Of a DNA stretch of 20,000 bases, positions 1-8,896 are shown piece after piece. Every line of letters begins with the position of its first letter. Position 1 is the first letter of the stretch. This stretch comes from an uncultured virus (IMG/VR IMGVR_UViG_3300020477_000020) (Duplodnaviria > Heunggongvirae > Uroviricota > Caudoviricetes), in the IMG/VR virus record IMGVR_UViG_3300020477_000020; one strand, written 5' to 3'. The translations under genes and the position numbers were made by a program. The notes beneath the pieces were generated by a model. The model had not been told where the DNA came from. It ran no database searches and saw only the letters and a list, made by a program, of their open reading frames with translations.

Positions 1-2559
1 CTCAATAATGCTAACTGTATTAATTAGATTGTTTCCTGTTTCAACTATAGCATTAACATTAGCATTTAAACCAAGTCTTTTTGATGTATCATAAGTAACA
101 AAATCGTCGGTAGCAGACGTATATACTTCAAGAATATTTAGTGACTTAGAGTTGTTGTTAGATTGTAACCTACCCCAGGTACTATCTGTTGGTCTAAAGT
201 CTTTTGGTGTAATCATTCTCATTGTTATTGTATTGTTTGCTGTATTAGATGACAGCACTTCACCAAATGCTTCAAAGTCAACTGATGTATTTGTTTGTGT
301 AGCTACTGTATTTACTGAATTGGCAGCTGCTTTTCCAAGTTGCGTTATATTAGCTGTTGTAAATGTAACACCATGACCAGTAGCAGTAACTATTGACGAA
401 GAGTTGATTGATCTTATCTCACTCAATGTCAAAGCGGTAGAATTAACAACAGCGTTTACAATTGCATACGTATTAACAGTACTGTTAACAACTTGAACAA
501 CACCATCACCAACAGTAAAGTTTTCTGTGTTAGTACTACTAAAGTTTGAGAATGTTAATGTTTGTGCCGGCCGGCCGGTTACTTGTTTAAGAACCTCACC
601 ATCTTGTATTCCTTCAAAATCTAACGCTAGATCAGTGTATTTAATTTTAACATCATTACCAAGGAAGCCATCTAAGTATTTGGTTTGCACCAACACTGGA
701 GGATCAGCTGTAAATCCATCACCAGTATCTACAATCTTAATAGAATCAATCTGCCCAAAGTTTTCACTATGCATAGTTAATGCTTCAACCAAAACATTGC
801 CTGTGTTTGCAGTTGCAGACTTATCAAACCCTAGTGCTGTTGCATTTAATCTTGTGTTAGCAAACGACTCTGTTATATAGTCTGTATTAACATCGAGAGG
901 CACCAAGCTCCTAATATCATTTATCTCTATATTGGCTGTTACTGTGGGTGACCTGTTACCTGTTATGTCTGCTATTGTGTTTGATGTAACACCTCTAATC
1001 ATTGATTGTGCAACTTGAAACATACTGCCATCGGCGTTTGTCATACCAATAATTGTTTCACTGGTATTAGATGTATTCAGCTTATCAGCAAGGAAAGTAG
1101 CAGTCACAAAGTTATTAGTTGTATTAGCTACTGTAGCATTAATTGAATCGTTACCGTTAAGTATTAATGTGAATGATGTATTGGCAGTACCAGATGTCTC
1201 ATACGTTAACTTACTACTACCATCTTCTTGCAACATTTTATCACCATCTTCATATAAGATGTAGTCTTCCATCATAAAGTTGCCTTCTGTCTCAAATACA
1301 ATCATTGAACCATCTGTTGTACTGGTACCTGCATTTGCTGTAGTAGAGACTCTCCCGTTGGCTACTTCTATAGAACCATCAAACATCCTAATAACACTTT
1401 GACTGTTTGCTGAAGACAACATATTCTCTACATCAGAAGTAAATCCAATTTCTAATCTAGGGTAGACAATTGTTTCATATGTTTGGAAGTTATTAGCTGG
1501 TCTGGTTAATTCTTCAACATAATCTTCTTCTAATATAATTTTCCCTTTATCGAAAATATCTTCTAAAACAATCTTTTCATTAGTTGCCTCACCCTCAATA
1601 TAATTTACTGCACCACGTTCTGTGTTTTGTATGTTAGTAACAGTAACAATATGATCAGAAACAGCCACATTACTAAAGAAAGTGTTAGTTGAGTAACCAG
1701 AACCCTTACTCTTTAGTTGATATCTTGGAACACCGGATGCTTGTTTTAATCCTGTTACTAATGCACGACCAGGAATAGCATCCCCATTTAGCTGTTCAAT
1801 AATAACTTCTTGCCCCAATGAATAGTCAGGTCCAGAATACACAAACGACAAATCATTAAGTGAGCCATTAGTCCTTACTCTGTCTGTACCATTAGTTACA
1901 AGTTCATTATCAACAAATTCACCCGTGAGATCAGCAAGAAATAGAACATGAATAATACCAGGACCTAATAATTCACGAGTTGTACCTGTCTCTACTACAA
2001 ACTTTTGCTTGTTGTGGTTTCTACCACGTGTTTCAACTATGGCAGCAACGTGGGCAGTAGCACCTGATTTTGATCCTTCAATATTTGATCCTAACAATCC
2101 TTGAAGTGTGCTGTTAGTTTCACAATAAGTTTCTATGTACCTTGGTTCAACAAACTTTGCATCAGAAGCCTTAAAGATATGTTCTGGAGGAAGATAGAGA
2201 TCACTATTAACACCATATAATAATCTAAAGAACAACTCGAGAGCTCGTCTTGATCCCTTTGACCTATACAGGTCAAAGATATGTTTGATAAGAAATGGAA
2301 AGTCTACTGTTGTTTCTTCAGGTATACTAAACAGATATGTCTTTTTAAATCCAGCCAAAAACGTTGCTGTTGTCTGATCAATGTCTGTTTGCTCAAGTAA
2401 ATCACGTGAAATACCCAATGATTCATCATCTTGTTCAAGAAACTCATAATAAGCACGTAAGAATGCAATGAAAAGTTGACCATCCTCAGATTCATATATC
2501 TGTGGAAACTGACTCTGTACAAATATAGATATCTGGTCATGTACCTCAGTGAGAGCCAT
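1..2559 (-). CDS. gp7: Baseplate wedge initiator gp7-like protein, 5' part; runs off the left edge (>853 aa); missing from the ORF track
   Basis: ATG at 2559-2557 overlaps the gp6 TAA (TAATG). Manual translation gives MALTEVHDQISIFVQSQFPQIYESEDGQLFIAFLRAYYEFLE...LIKHIFDLYRSKGSRRALELFFRLLYG, typical of the gp7 N-terminus in marine T4-like phages. Later GxG(Y/F)..P repeats occur (VDTGDGFTADPPVLV). The frame was open in every stretch checked, down to position 1. It follows gp6. Confidence 0.85.
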   Translation of the reverse strand, partial: MALTEVHDQISIFVQSQFPQIYESEDGQLFIAFLRAYYEFLEQDDESLGISRDLLEQTDIDQTTATFLAGFKKTYLFSIPEETTVDFPFLIKHIFDLYRSKGSRRALELFFRLLYGVNSDLYLPPEHIFKASDAKFVEPRYIETYCETNSTLQGLLGSNIEGSKSGATAHVAAIVETRGRNHNKQKFVVETGTTRELLGPGIIHVLFLADLTGEFVDNELVTNGTDRVRTNGSLNDLSFVYSGPDYSLGQEVIIEQLNGDAIPGRALVTGLKQASGVPRYQLKSKGSGYSTNTFFSNVAVSDHIVTVTNIQNTERGAVNYIEGEATNEKIVLEDIFDKGKIILEEDYVEELTRPANNFQTYETIVYPRLEIGFTSDVENMLSSANSQSVIRMFDGSIEVANGRVSTTANAGTSTTDGSMIVFETEGNFMMEDYILYEDGDKMLQEDGSSKLTYETSGTANTSFTLILNGNDSINATVANTTNNFVTATFLADKLNTSNTSETIIGMTNADGSMFQVAQSMIRGVTSNTIADITGNRSPTVTANIEINDIRSLVPLDVNTDYITESFANTRLNATALGFDKSATANTGNVLVEALTMHSENFGQIDSIKIVDTGDGFTADPPVLVQTKYLDGFLGNDVKIKYTDLALDFEGIQDGEVLKQVTGRPAQTLTFSNFSSTNTENFTVGDGVVQVVNSTVNTYAIVNAVVNSTALTLSEIRSINSSSIVTATGHGVTFTTANITQLGKAAANSVNTVATQTNTSVDFEAFGEVLSSNTANNTITMRMITPKDFRPTDSTWGRLQSNNNSKSLNILEVYTSATDDFVTYDTSKRLGLNANVNAIVETGNNLINTVSIIE

Positions 2560-4358
2560 TATAACAGTTCCTGTTCAACCTTTACTAATGTGTCCTCTGT
2601 CCGAATTCGGATAATATCAGTGTTTCTACATTGAATATCAGCCTTCTCTGGCCGTACAAACACTTTAATTGAGGTAGTACCAGTAGAGAAGGAGTTAATT
2701 ACTAAGTTAGATATTGCAAGTTCACCCGTATCATAGTTTACCGAGCCAATATCATTTTGTAGAATTGTTAAGTCTGTTGTATTGGCCGTAACAATCATTA
2801 ATGTACCTTCACTGTTGTCTCGTATAGATGCACCAGCGGTTCCCTCAAAAACAAATATCTCGGACTCAACTGCAGGTGTCGACGAGTTGATAAACCTATC
2901 TTGTGTTTCAGCATTAATTGGATTATCAACTTTAATAGCATTATCAAACTTTAATGTTTTAACATACTTTCTGTTAATAGTTGGAACAATTGTTTTTGTT
3001 AATTTTACGTCAATATCATTGCCTAGTATTGATGTATCCGACTCATTTATCTTTTCAATTAGTTTACTTCTTCTAAACACAGTATCAAACACATCTAAAT
3101 TATCAGCATTGAAGTCTGAAATAGCTGTTTCTACAACCGACTGTATTTCACTAGATTTTTGTGATGTAGCATTACGATTGTACCTAACATTAGCGTCAAC
3201 CTTAACATTAATAAACTCAGGATCTTTAATTTCAGGTATTATTCCTATAGGTACCTTAGGTTTAATAAAATTAATCATATCTTGTTTAATTGTATCAGGA
3301 ATAACATCAAACGCAGAGCTTCTTGAAGCAAGTATTACCTTACCAAACTGTGGTGGATTTAAATCTTCTCCACCAAACACATTCATTGATGTAATATCTG
3401 TAAACTCGTTCTTTATAATTGTTCTGTAATCTTCTTTTGTTACAGCCCTCTCTTGAGTTGCTAAGGCTCTAGGTGCTTCAAATCTAATGTCATCTAATTT
3501 TTGGAATTCAGCACCACCACTTGCTCTTGTAACCAAACTAACACTAGCAGGATGACCAGCAACACCGTCTGAAGTAAATGCATTAGCTCCATTAGGAGAT
3601 GTGCCGGATGATACTCTATATTGTATTTCAACAAGATTTCCGTTAATGACTTTATTACCAAACGTACCATTACCAAATTGTACATTGTAGCTACCATTAG
3701 CAGCTGGCTCAATGAAGAAAACATTTGATGTACTTGTTACACCAAACAACGAATTGGCTCTGGTATATGTCGAGTTGGTTGAATCTGTATTAGATGCTCT
3801 AACCTTAACTGTGATACTACTAACATCAACATCAAAGTTGTTTATATAATACGTTTGATTGCCATTGGCTGTTTGATTAATCTCAGTTATAAGCTCACCT
3901 TCATAAATTGCAACGTTGCTAGCTACATAACCATTGTTGGCATAAACAGTAATGTTATTATTGGTAGAAAATGTATATGCAACACCACTAACTGTGCTAG
4001 TAAATGTTGAGAATCTTGGTATTGTGATGGAGTGGGGATTAGAAGATGGATTTACATCAATATCAACAAATGCAACTGAAGATTGGTAGGACTGTGGTGT
4101 ATAATTAAGTGTTTTGGCAATAGAGTACACACTATCTCGAGCGTTTGCACTATCAAGAAACATTTCCGATGCCACTTTGTTCAAGTATATGTTATTATAA
4201 TACGTATTATAAGCAAGAACATCTAACAAGACAGAAAGTGATGATCCATCAAAGTTATAATCACTGAAGATACTTTGACCTTCAAGATATGTTTTGATGT
4301 TTGATTTGATTGAATCAAACTCTAAGTTAGCTACTATGAGCTCATTGTTAGTGGGCAT
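2559..4358 (-). CDS. gp6: Baseplate wedge subunit gp6
   Basis: 599 aa with motifs LEFDSIKSNIKTYL..FSDYNFDGSSLSVLLDVLAYNTYYN, EMFLDSA..RDSV, YNVQFGNGTFG, QERAVTKEDY and VFGGEDLNPPQFGKV. Confidence 0.95.
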   Translation of the reverse strand: MPTNNELIVANLEFDSIKSNIKTYLEGQSIFSDYNFDGSSLSVLLDVLAYNTYYNNIYLNKVASEMFLDSANARDSVYSIAKTLNYTPQSYQSSVAFVDIDVNPSSNPHSITIPRFSTFTSTVSGVAYTFSTNNNITVYANNGYVASNVAIYEGELITEINQTANGNQTYYINNFDVDVSSITVKVRASNTDSTNSTYTRANSLFGVTSTSNVFFIEPAANGSYNVQFGNGTFGNKVINGNLVEIQYRVSSGTSPNGANAFTSDGVAGHPASVSLVTRASGGAEFQKLDDIRFEAPRALATQERAVTKEDYRTIIKNEFTDITSMNVFGGEDLNPPQFGKVILASRSSAFDVIPDTIKQDMINFIKPKVPIGIIPEIKDPEFINVKVDANVRYNRNATSQKSSEIQSVVETAISDFNADNLDVFDTVFRRSKLIEKINESDTSILGNDIDVKLTKTIVPTINRKYVKTLKFDNAIKVDNPINAETQDRFINSSTPAVESEIFVFEGTAGASIRDNSEGTLMIVTANTTDLTILQNDIGSVNYDTGELAISNLVINSFSTGTTSIKVFVRPEKADIQCRNTDIIRIRTEDTLVKVEQELL

Positions 4359-5034
4359 TTACTACATCCTTCAGGTTTGCCTCTATGTGTTGACTAATTT
4401 CATCATATGTCATTCCAAGGTAAACTCTCAACAATACTCTAGGTTCATCAAAGTATGTAACTGAATGCAATTCGTCTGTATTCAATATTACAATATCATT
4501 ATGATATGATACCTCTGTTTCATAAACTAAATCGTGAACAAACCCTTCATAACGATAATATTCAGCATTGCTTTCTTTACTATTATTCTCCTTAGCTAAC
4601 GAATAAAAATACACAGGAGAATGCTTGTCACCAGCCAATGCTATATTTATAGAGGAATATACATAGGGTGAATCTCTATGTGGATCTAACGGCAAGTACG
4701 TGTTAAATATCCCCATCGACAATTCAGGTGGATCTAATTTCATTCCCTCCAATATTGGATCTGCCACCTCATGCAATAACTCGTCACTGAATTTTTCTCG
4801 ATCTACTCGTCTCCAATCAAAGTATGGTTTAACTTTTCTTTTCTCAAATCCTTCTTTACCACGAACAACATGTTCCTTACTATAATCAACGCCCGTCACA
4901 CAATCAGGCTGTCTTGATTCTCTCACCGTATAATCATCATCTGTAAAACTATTTAAAACCTTTTCTCTCACACCTGGTGGTACCAAGTTACCATTCAGCT
5001 TTGTAAAATATTTATTATGTTCTAGTATCCTCAT
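4348..5034 (-). CDS. Putative 2OG-Fe(II) oxygenase / double-stranded beta-helix protein
   Basis: 228 aa with HxD (LDPHRD), a beta strand (SSINIAL), a distal His (ILNTDELHSV) and a downstream Arg (PRVLL). Overlaps both neighbours. Confidence 0.6.
   Translation of the reverse strand: MRILEHNKYFTKLNGNLVPPGVREKVLNSFTDDDYTVRESRQPDCVTGVDYSKEHVVRGKEGFEKRKVKPYFDWRRVDREKFSDELLHEVADPILEGMKLDPPELSMGIFNTYLPLDPHRDSPYVYSSINIALAGDKHSPVYFYSLAKENNSKESNAEYYRYEGFVHDLVYETEVSYHNDIVILNTDELHSVTYFDEPRVLLRVYLGMTYDEISQHIEANLKDVVNAH
4644..4651 (-). promoter_or_regulatory. Candidate T4-type late promoter TATAAATA upstream of gp6
   Basis: Perfect TATAAATA on the minus strand, about 290 nt upstream of the gp6 start. The motif can occur by chance in AT-rich DNA. 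Confidence 0.4.
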
Positions 5035-5459
5035 TATCTCGTCCGTTCAATAAAAGCCTCAATGCTAACCTCCTCTAACAATCTTTTGATTAAGAAATTG
5101 ACAGTGATGCTAGCACCATTACGATCTGGTTCAAAACTTATCTTAGAACCAAGAAACTCAACTCTTGGTTCATGGTTGTGCAATGTTGTTTTTATTTGCT
5201 CCTCTACTCTTATTTGTAGACCAGGATCAACATTTTCAAACAACAAGTCATTTAACCCCCCACCAATGGTTGGTTGGAAAGGTCTTTCTAAGGGATTTGT
5301 CAACAATAACATTTTTACCGATTGCTTAACTGAATCAGCATTGGTCTTTTTAGATACTTCACCAGTAACAGCATTTCGATCAAAATTTGAATTGATGTCA
5401 ATATATACAGGTGTTTCTGTTGCCCTGCTTAATTCTGTTCTGATAGCTACTTTACTCAT
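5034..5459 (-). CDS. gp25: Baseplate wedge subunit gp25 (GPW/gp25 family)
   Basis: 141 aa: YIDINSNF..VKQSVKMLLLTNPLERPFQPTIGGGLNDLLFEN..HEPRVE..FIERTR. Confidence 0.93.
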   Translation of the reverse strand: MSKVAIRTELSRATETPVYIDINSNFDRNAVTGEVSKKTNADSVKQSVKMLLLTNPLERPFQPTIGGGLNDLLFENVDPGLQIRVEEQIKTTLHNHEPRVEFLGSKISFEPDRNGASITVNFLIKRLLEEVSIEAFIERTR

Positions 5460-6973
5460 GAGCCAACTTTAAACCCTTGTCCAGCATTAAATCTTATTGG
5501 AAGACCAAATTTCTTCATGTTTGCATTAAACTCTTCTGGAGTTGTTTCTGGCTGATCCTCAAAAGCAGGGCCTCCTTCAGGCTCATCACCAGAGAACTCA
5601 CTAGTTGGGTCGTCTCCTGCAGGGAACGAACCTAACTTCTGACCCTCGGTCAATGGATGACCAAGACGACTAAAGAAGGCCTCTATAGGTGCATTAAGTG
5701 CTTTTGTTTTACCAGCTAGATCTTTCTCCAATGCTTCCATCTGTGAACTATTTATACTCAAACCTGTAACTGGATCTTTAACGATTTTTCTACTTTCACC
5801 AGCTGGTGCCTCTGGTGCAGGAGGTGCTTTAACTATAGATCCCAATGTTTTAAATACATCCTGCATGGCATTAGTTCCATCTGCTAACAACTGTCGACCA
5901 GCACCAGAAGCCTCCTTCATTTTAGCCAATGCTGCCTTTCTACCTTTTTCATGAGCAGCATTGAATTCTTCCATAGTAGTAAATCCTGAGGCTGCCAATG
6001 CAGGTCCCGAGTCACTATCTGCATCTTCCACTGTTTCAAAAACGACATTTTCACCAGTAGCTTCATCAAACTTAACTTCTGTTGATACTGGCAACTGGAA
6101 TTTAGAAAACACTTGTCTTCCAGTACCAATCAAAGCACCTGTTAATTTTAGGAAAGGATTCTTTGTTACTGGAACAGGATCTGTTGGAATATAATCAGGT
6201 ATTGCTGACTCATCTGCCTCATCAACAACAGGAGCCGTAGCTGGTTTACCTTCTAACGTAGCAATTGTCTCAACACCTATTTCAGCACCATCTTCATCAA
6301 ATATTTTTCGTTCTTCAAGTTTAAAATTAGGAATCATCTTTCCAGGATCAAATCCTGACGGAGCTCCTATACCTATGTCCAATTCTTCACCACCACCAAA
6401 CGGTAACGATGGGACTTTTCCTTTCAGTGCTCCGAGCGCCTTATCAGCAAGACCAGCAATACCTGCATCTAAGCCGCCTATACTAGGTGTTGGCAGGGCG
6501 GCACCTACATCAGCTGCAATCTTACCAACATCGGGTACCTCCACACCAGGAGGAAATTTAGCCCCTGATAGCTTACTCGTAAGCCCAGCAACATCAGTTG
6601 AAACGCCTGTCAAAATCTTACCCATTTCTTCCTGCAAACTGATTTTGGGTATCTCTAACTTCTTAGCTTTTTCTAACATACCAGAAACAGAACCTTCAAT
6701 TGCTGAAGCTGCCCCATCAAGTTTTGTAGCTAAATCTGCTGGGCTTAAATCAGCAAAGGAAGTGTTACCTATATCACCAGCTTTTTCTTGTAGCTTTGCT
6801 TTGATATCTAACAGAGTTGCATCTTGACCTGACTCAGCTAATTTAGTTTGGAAATCAGCAAACGCTGCTGCAGGATCAGGACCTCCTCCTAATCCAGGTA
6901 CCTTAGGAAGTGATGGTATCGATGGTATAGTTGGTGTGTTTGGAATATTCGGAATGTCTGGAATGTCAACCAT
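5456..6973 (-). CDS. Hypothetical low-complexity Ala/Gly/Pro-rich acidic protein, probably virion-associated
   Basis: 505-aa ORF whose stop overlaps the gp25 start (ATGA). N-terminal P-x-x repeats. No recognised domain. Confidence 0.75.
   Translation of the reverse strand: MVDIPDIPNIPNTPTIPSIPSLPKVPGLGGGPDPAAAFADFQTKLAESGQDATLLDIKAKLQEKAGDIGNTSFADLSPADLATKLDGAASAIEGSVSGMLEKAKKLEIPKISLQEEMGKILTGVSTDVAGLTSKLSGAKFPPGVEVPDVGKIAADVGAALPTPSIGGLDAGIAGLADKALGALKGKVPSLPFGGGEELDIGIGAPSGFDPGKMIPNFKLEERKIFDEDGAEIGVETIATLEGKPATAPVVDEADESAIPDYIPTDPVPVTKNPFLKLTGALIGTGRQVFSKFQLPVSTEVKFDEATGENVVFETVEDADSDSGPALAASGFTTMEEFNAAHEKGRKAALAKMKEASGAGRQLLADGTNAMQDVFKTLGSIVKAPPAPEAPAGESRKIVKDPVTGLSINSSQMEALEKDLAGKTKALNAPIEAFFSRLGHPLTEGQKLGSFPAGDDPTSEFSGDEPEGGPAFEDQPETTPEEFNANMKKFGLPIRFNAGQGFKVGS
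5749..5756 (-). promoter_or_regulatory. Candidate late promoter TATAAATA upstream of gp25
   Basis: Perfect TATAAATA on the minus strand, 290 nt upstream of the gp25 start. Confidence 0.4.
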
Positions 6974-6979
6974 CTCTTA

Positions 6980-7273
6980 TCAATCTCCTATAAAGATGTT
7001 TGGTGAACCACCTGCGGTTGCTGGAGCACAATGTGTACCTCCTGCAGACGGACATAAACCATCTGCTGCAGCACTATCTGCAGAATTGTTCACACAAAGT
7101 TTACCACTTGCAAAAACATTTTTGCTTCCTGCTATCAAATTACCAGCACCATGTGTATTAGGATCACCGTTTACTGATTGTAGCACTCCGTTCATAAAAA
7201 CAGTAGATTGACCACTAACAATTGTTGTAGCACCACATACTCTTGCATCTCCATGTCTGTGTGTTGCTGGCAT
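6980..7273 (-). CDS. PAAR-domain spike tip protein (gp5.4-like)
   Basis: 97 aa: MPATHRHGDARVCGA..GQSTVFMNG..GDPNTHG..GSKNVFASG..GSPNIFIG. Three-fold PAAR repeat, directly after gp5. Confidence 0.92.
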   Translation of the reverse strand: MPATHRHGDARVCGATTIVSGQSTVFMNGVLQSVNGDPNTHGAGNLIAGSKNVFASGKLCVNNSADSAAADGLCPSAGGTHCAPATAGGSPNIFIGD

Positions 7274-7282
7274 TCAAGTCTC

Positions 7283-8896
7283 CTACGGGTTCAAGTCAAT
7301 TCTAGTTGACTCAATAACAGTATTGGCCGGCTTAGTATTTGTACCAACAAGAAACTTAGCTGCTGTATCCATTTCAATATCACTTGTTGCATCGACATCA
7401 ACATGATCACCAGCTGTTATTTCAGTATTGGCACCTGAGTCCATATCCACCTTAGCTGATGCGTCAAGATTAAAGTTAGCTGACGTTTCAATGTTTGTAT
7501 TGGACAATGTACTGATGTTTAATCGACCTGTATTTGCATTTTGTCTAAGACCACCACCATCAAAACATAAAGCATCTTCACCAACAAGATTATTTGATCC
7601 TACTGTAATATTACAGTTAGCACCAGTAAACAATGTTAATGAACCTCTGATAATATCTCTTTTCCAGGCATTTGTGTTTATGAATACGTTTGCACTATGA
7701 GTTGTGTTTGATGTACCAACAATCTTCTCTTCGTTTGTACCCTCAATAGTCTTTTGGTTATTCTTTGTTATTCTCTTTCGTTCGTTACCATTGATCTGTG
7801 TTGCCTTATCAGTCATCACAACCTTTTGTTCATTACCTTGAATCTTTGTAATCATATCACCATGAACATTAATGTGATAGTCACCAGCAACCTCATCATA
7901 CCTATTGCCTTGTACATAAACTCTTGCATCACCTTGTACAGTAAGATTCATATGACCTTTAACAAGAACATGCTTACCCTTCATTATTATTTCATATTCA
8001 TCACCAACAACCTTTGTTGTCTTTGATCCACTAGGATGTATTTCACAAAACGAACCAGATGTATGATACTCATGTATTCTTTCACCTTCAGGTGTATCAT
8101 CAAACTCCTTAACGTGACCTGATTCAGTTGTGTACGTATGATTAAATGGATACTTTGAAGAGTTAGGATATTGAGTTGGTGCTTGACCATTCTTATTTTT
8201 CTTCAGCTCCCAAGGTTGTTGTGTGTTATCATAATCCAAGGGATCAGAGTTCTCTTCTGCAGTTGATCCTCCACCTTGTCCACCATAACGTGGTACAGGC
8301 TCATTCCAACGATGTCTAAAGTAGAATGAGCCTTTAGGTCCAGCGTTGATAGTATCATTTTTGGGTTCTGCTGGTCCTTCTAAATCTCTTACAGAAGGTA
8401 CCTGAGGAGGAACTGCAACAGGAACCTCTGTTATCCTATCCCTCGTTTTGATTGCTAATGACTCTTCACCATAAGCTGTATCACCACGAGCTAGTTTATT
8501 GACACCACTTTGATTCATATATTTTTCTTTTGGATATACACCAAGAGGATCTTGAAACCCTATTCCGTTTGCTTCTTTTTCTGTAGGAGCACCATACATT
8601 GTACCAATAATAAATGGCTGTTGCATTTCTTGACCATCAGCAAAGAAACCAAAACACCACGTTCCTTCAACAGGTCCAGTTGGACTATGACCAATACCAC
8701 TTTGTGAACCGCTGTTCATAGGCATTAGTGGAGTAGCCCATGGTAATGTATTTACTGGGATTTGAGATAGATCATCGTTGTGTACTCCAAAAGCACGCAC
8801 ACGCAACCTACCAAGATTCAATGGATCATTTCTATCTTCTACAACTCCAATAAAGAATTGTACAGACTTTAGAAACTCACCTGCATAATTAGCCAT
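7283..8896 (-). CDS. gp5: Baseplate central spike gp5 (OB fold plus beta-helix, no lysozyme domain)
   Basis: FFIGVVEDRNDPLNLGRLRVRAFGVH..LPWA..GTWCFGFFADG (OB fold); YPFNHTYTTESGHVKEFDDTPEGERIHEYH; 8-residue VxG repeats. Confidence 0.95.
   Translation of the reverse strand: MANYAGEFLKSVQFFIGVVEDRNDPLNLGRLRVRAFGVHNDDLSQIPVNTLPWATPLMPMNSGSQSGIGHSPTGPVEGTWCFGFFADGQEMQQPFIIGTMYGAPTEKEANGIGFQDPLGVYPKEKYMNQSGVNKLARGDTAYGEESLAIKTRDRITEVPVAVPPQVPSVRDLEGPAEPKNDTINAGPKGSFYFRHRWNEPVPRYGGQGGGSTAEENSDPLDYDNTQQPWELKKNKNGQAPTQYPNSSKYPFNHTYTTESGHVKEFDDTPEGERIHEYHTSGSFCEIHPSGSKTTKVVGDEYEIIMKGKHVLVKGHMNLTVQGDARVYVQGNRYDEVAGDYHINVHGDMITKIQGNEQKVVMTDKATQINGNERKRITKNNQKTIEGTNEEKIVGTSNTTHSANVFINTNAWKRDIIRGSLTLFTGANCNITVGSNNLVGEDALCFDGGGLRQNANTGRLNISTLSNTNIETSANFNLDASAKVDMDSGANTEITAGDHVDVDATSDIEMDTAAKFLVGTNTKPANTVIESTRIDLNP

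Noticed and set aside
567..578. (CCGG)x3 GC-rich palindrome in AT-rich DNA
   Set aside because: Single short occurrence that reads as T-G-R-P codons in gp7, with no associated structure.
152..880. Plus-strand ORFs 152-376 and 527-880, and also minus-strand 2304-2540
   Set aside because: These are antisense or off-frame shadows of the long gp7-like CDS, which the ORF track omitted because it has no stop in the window.
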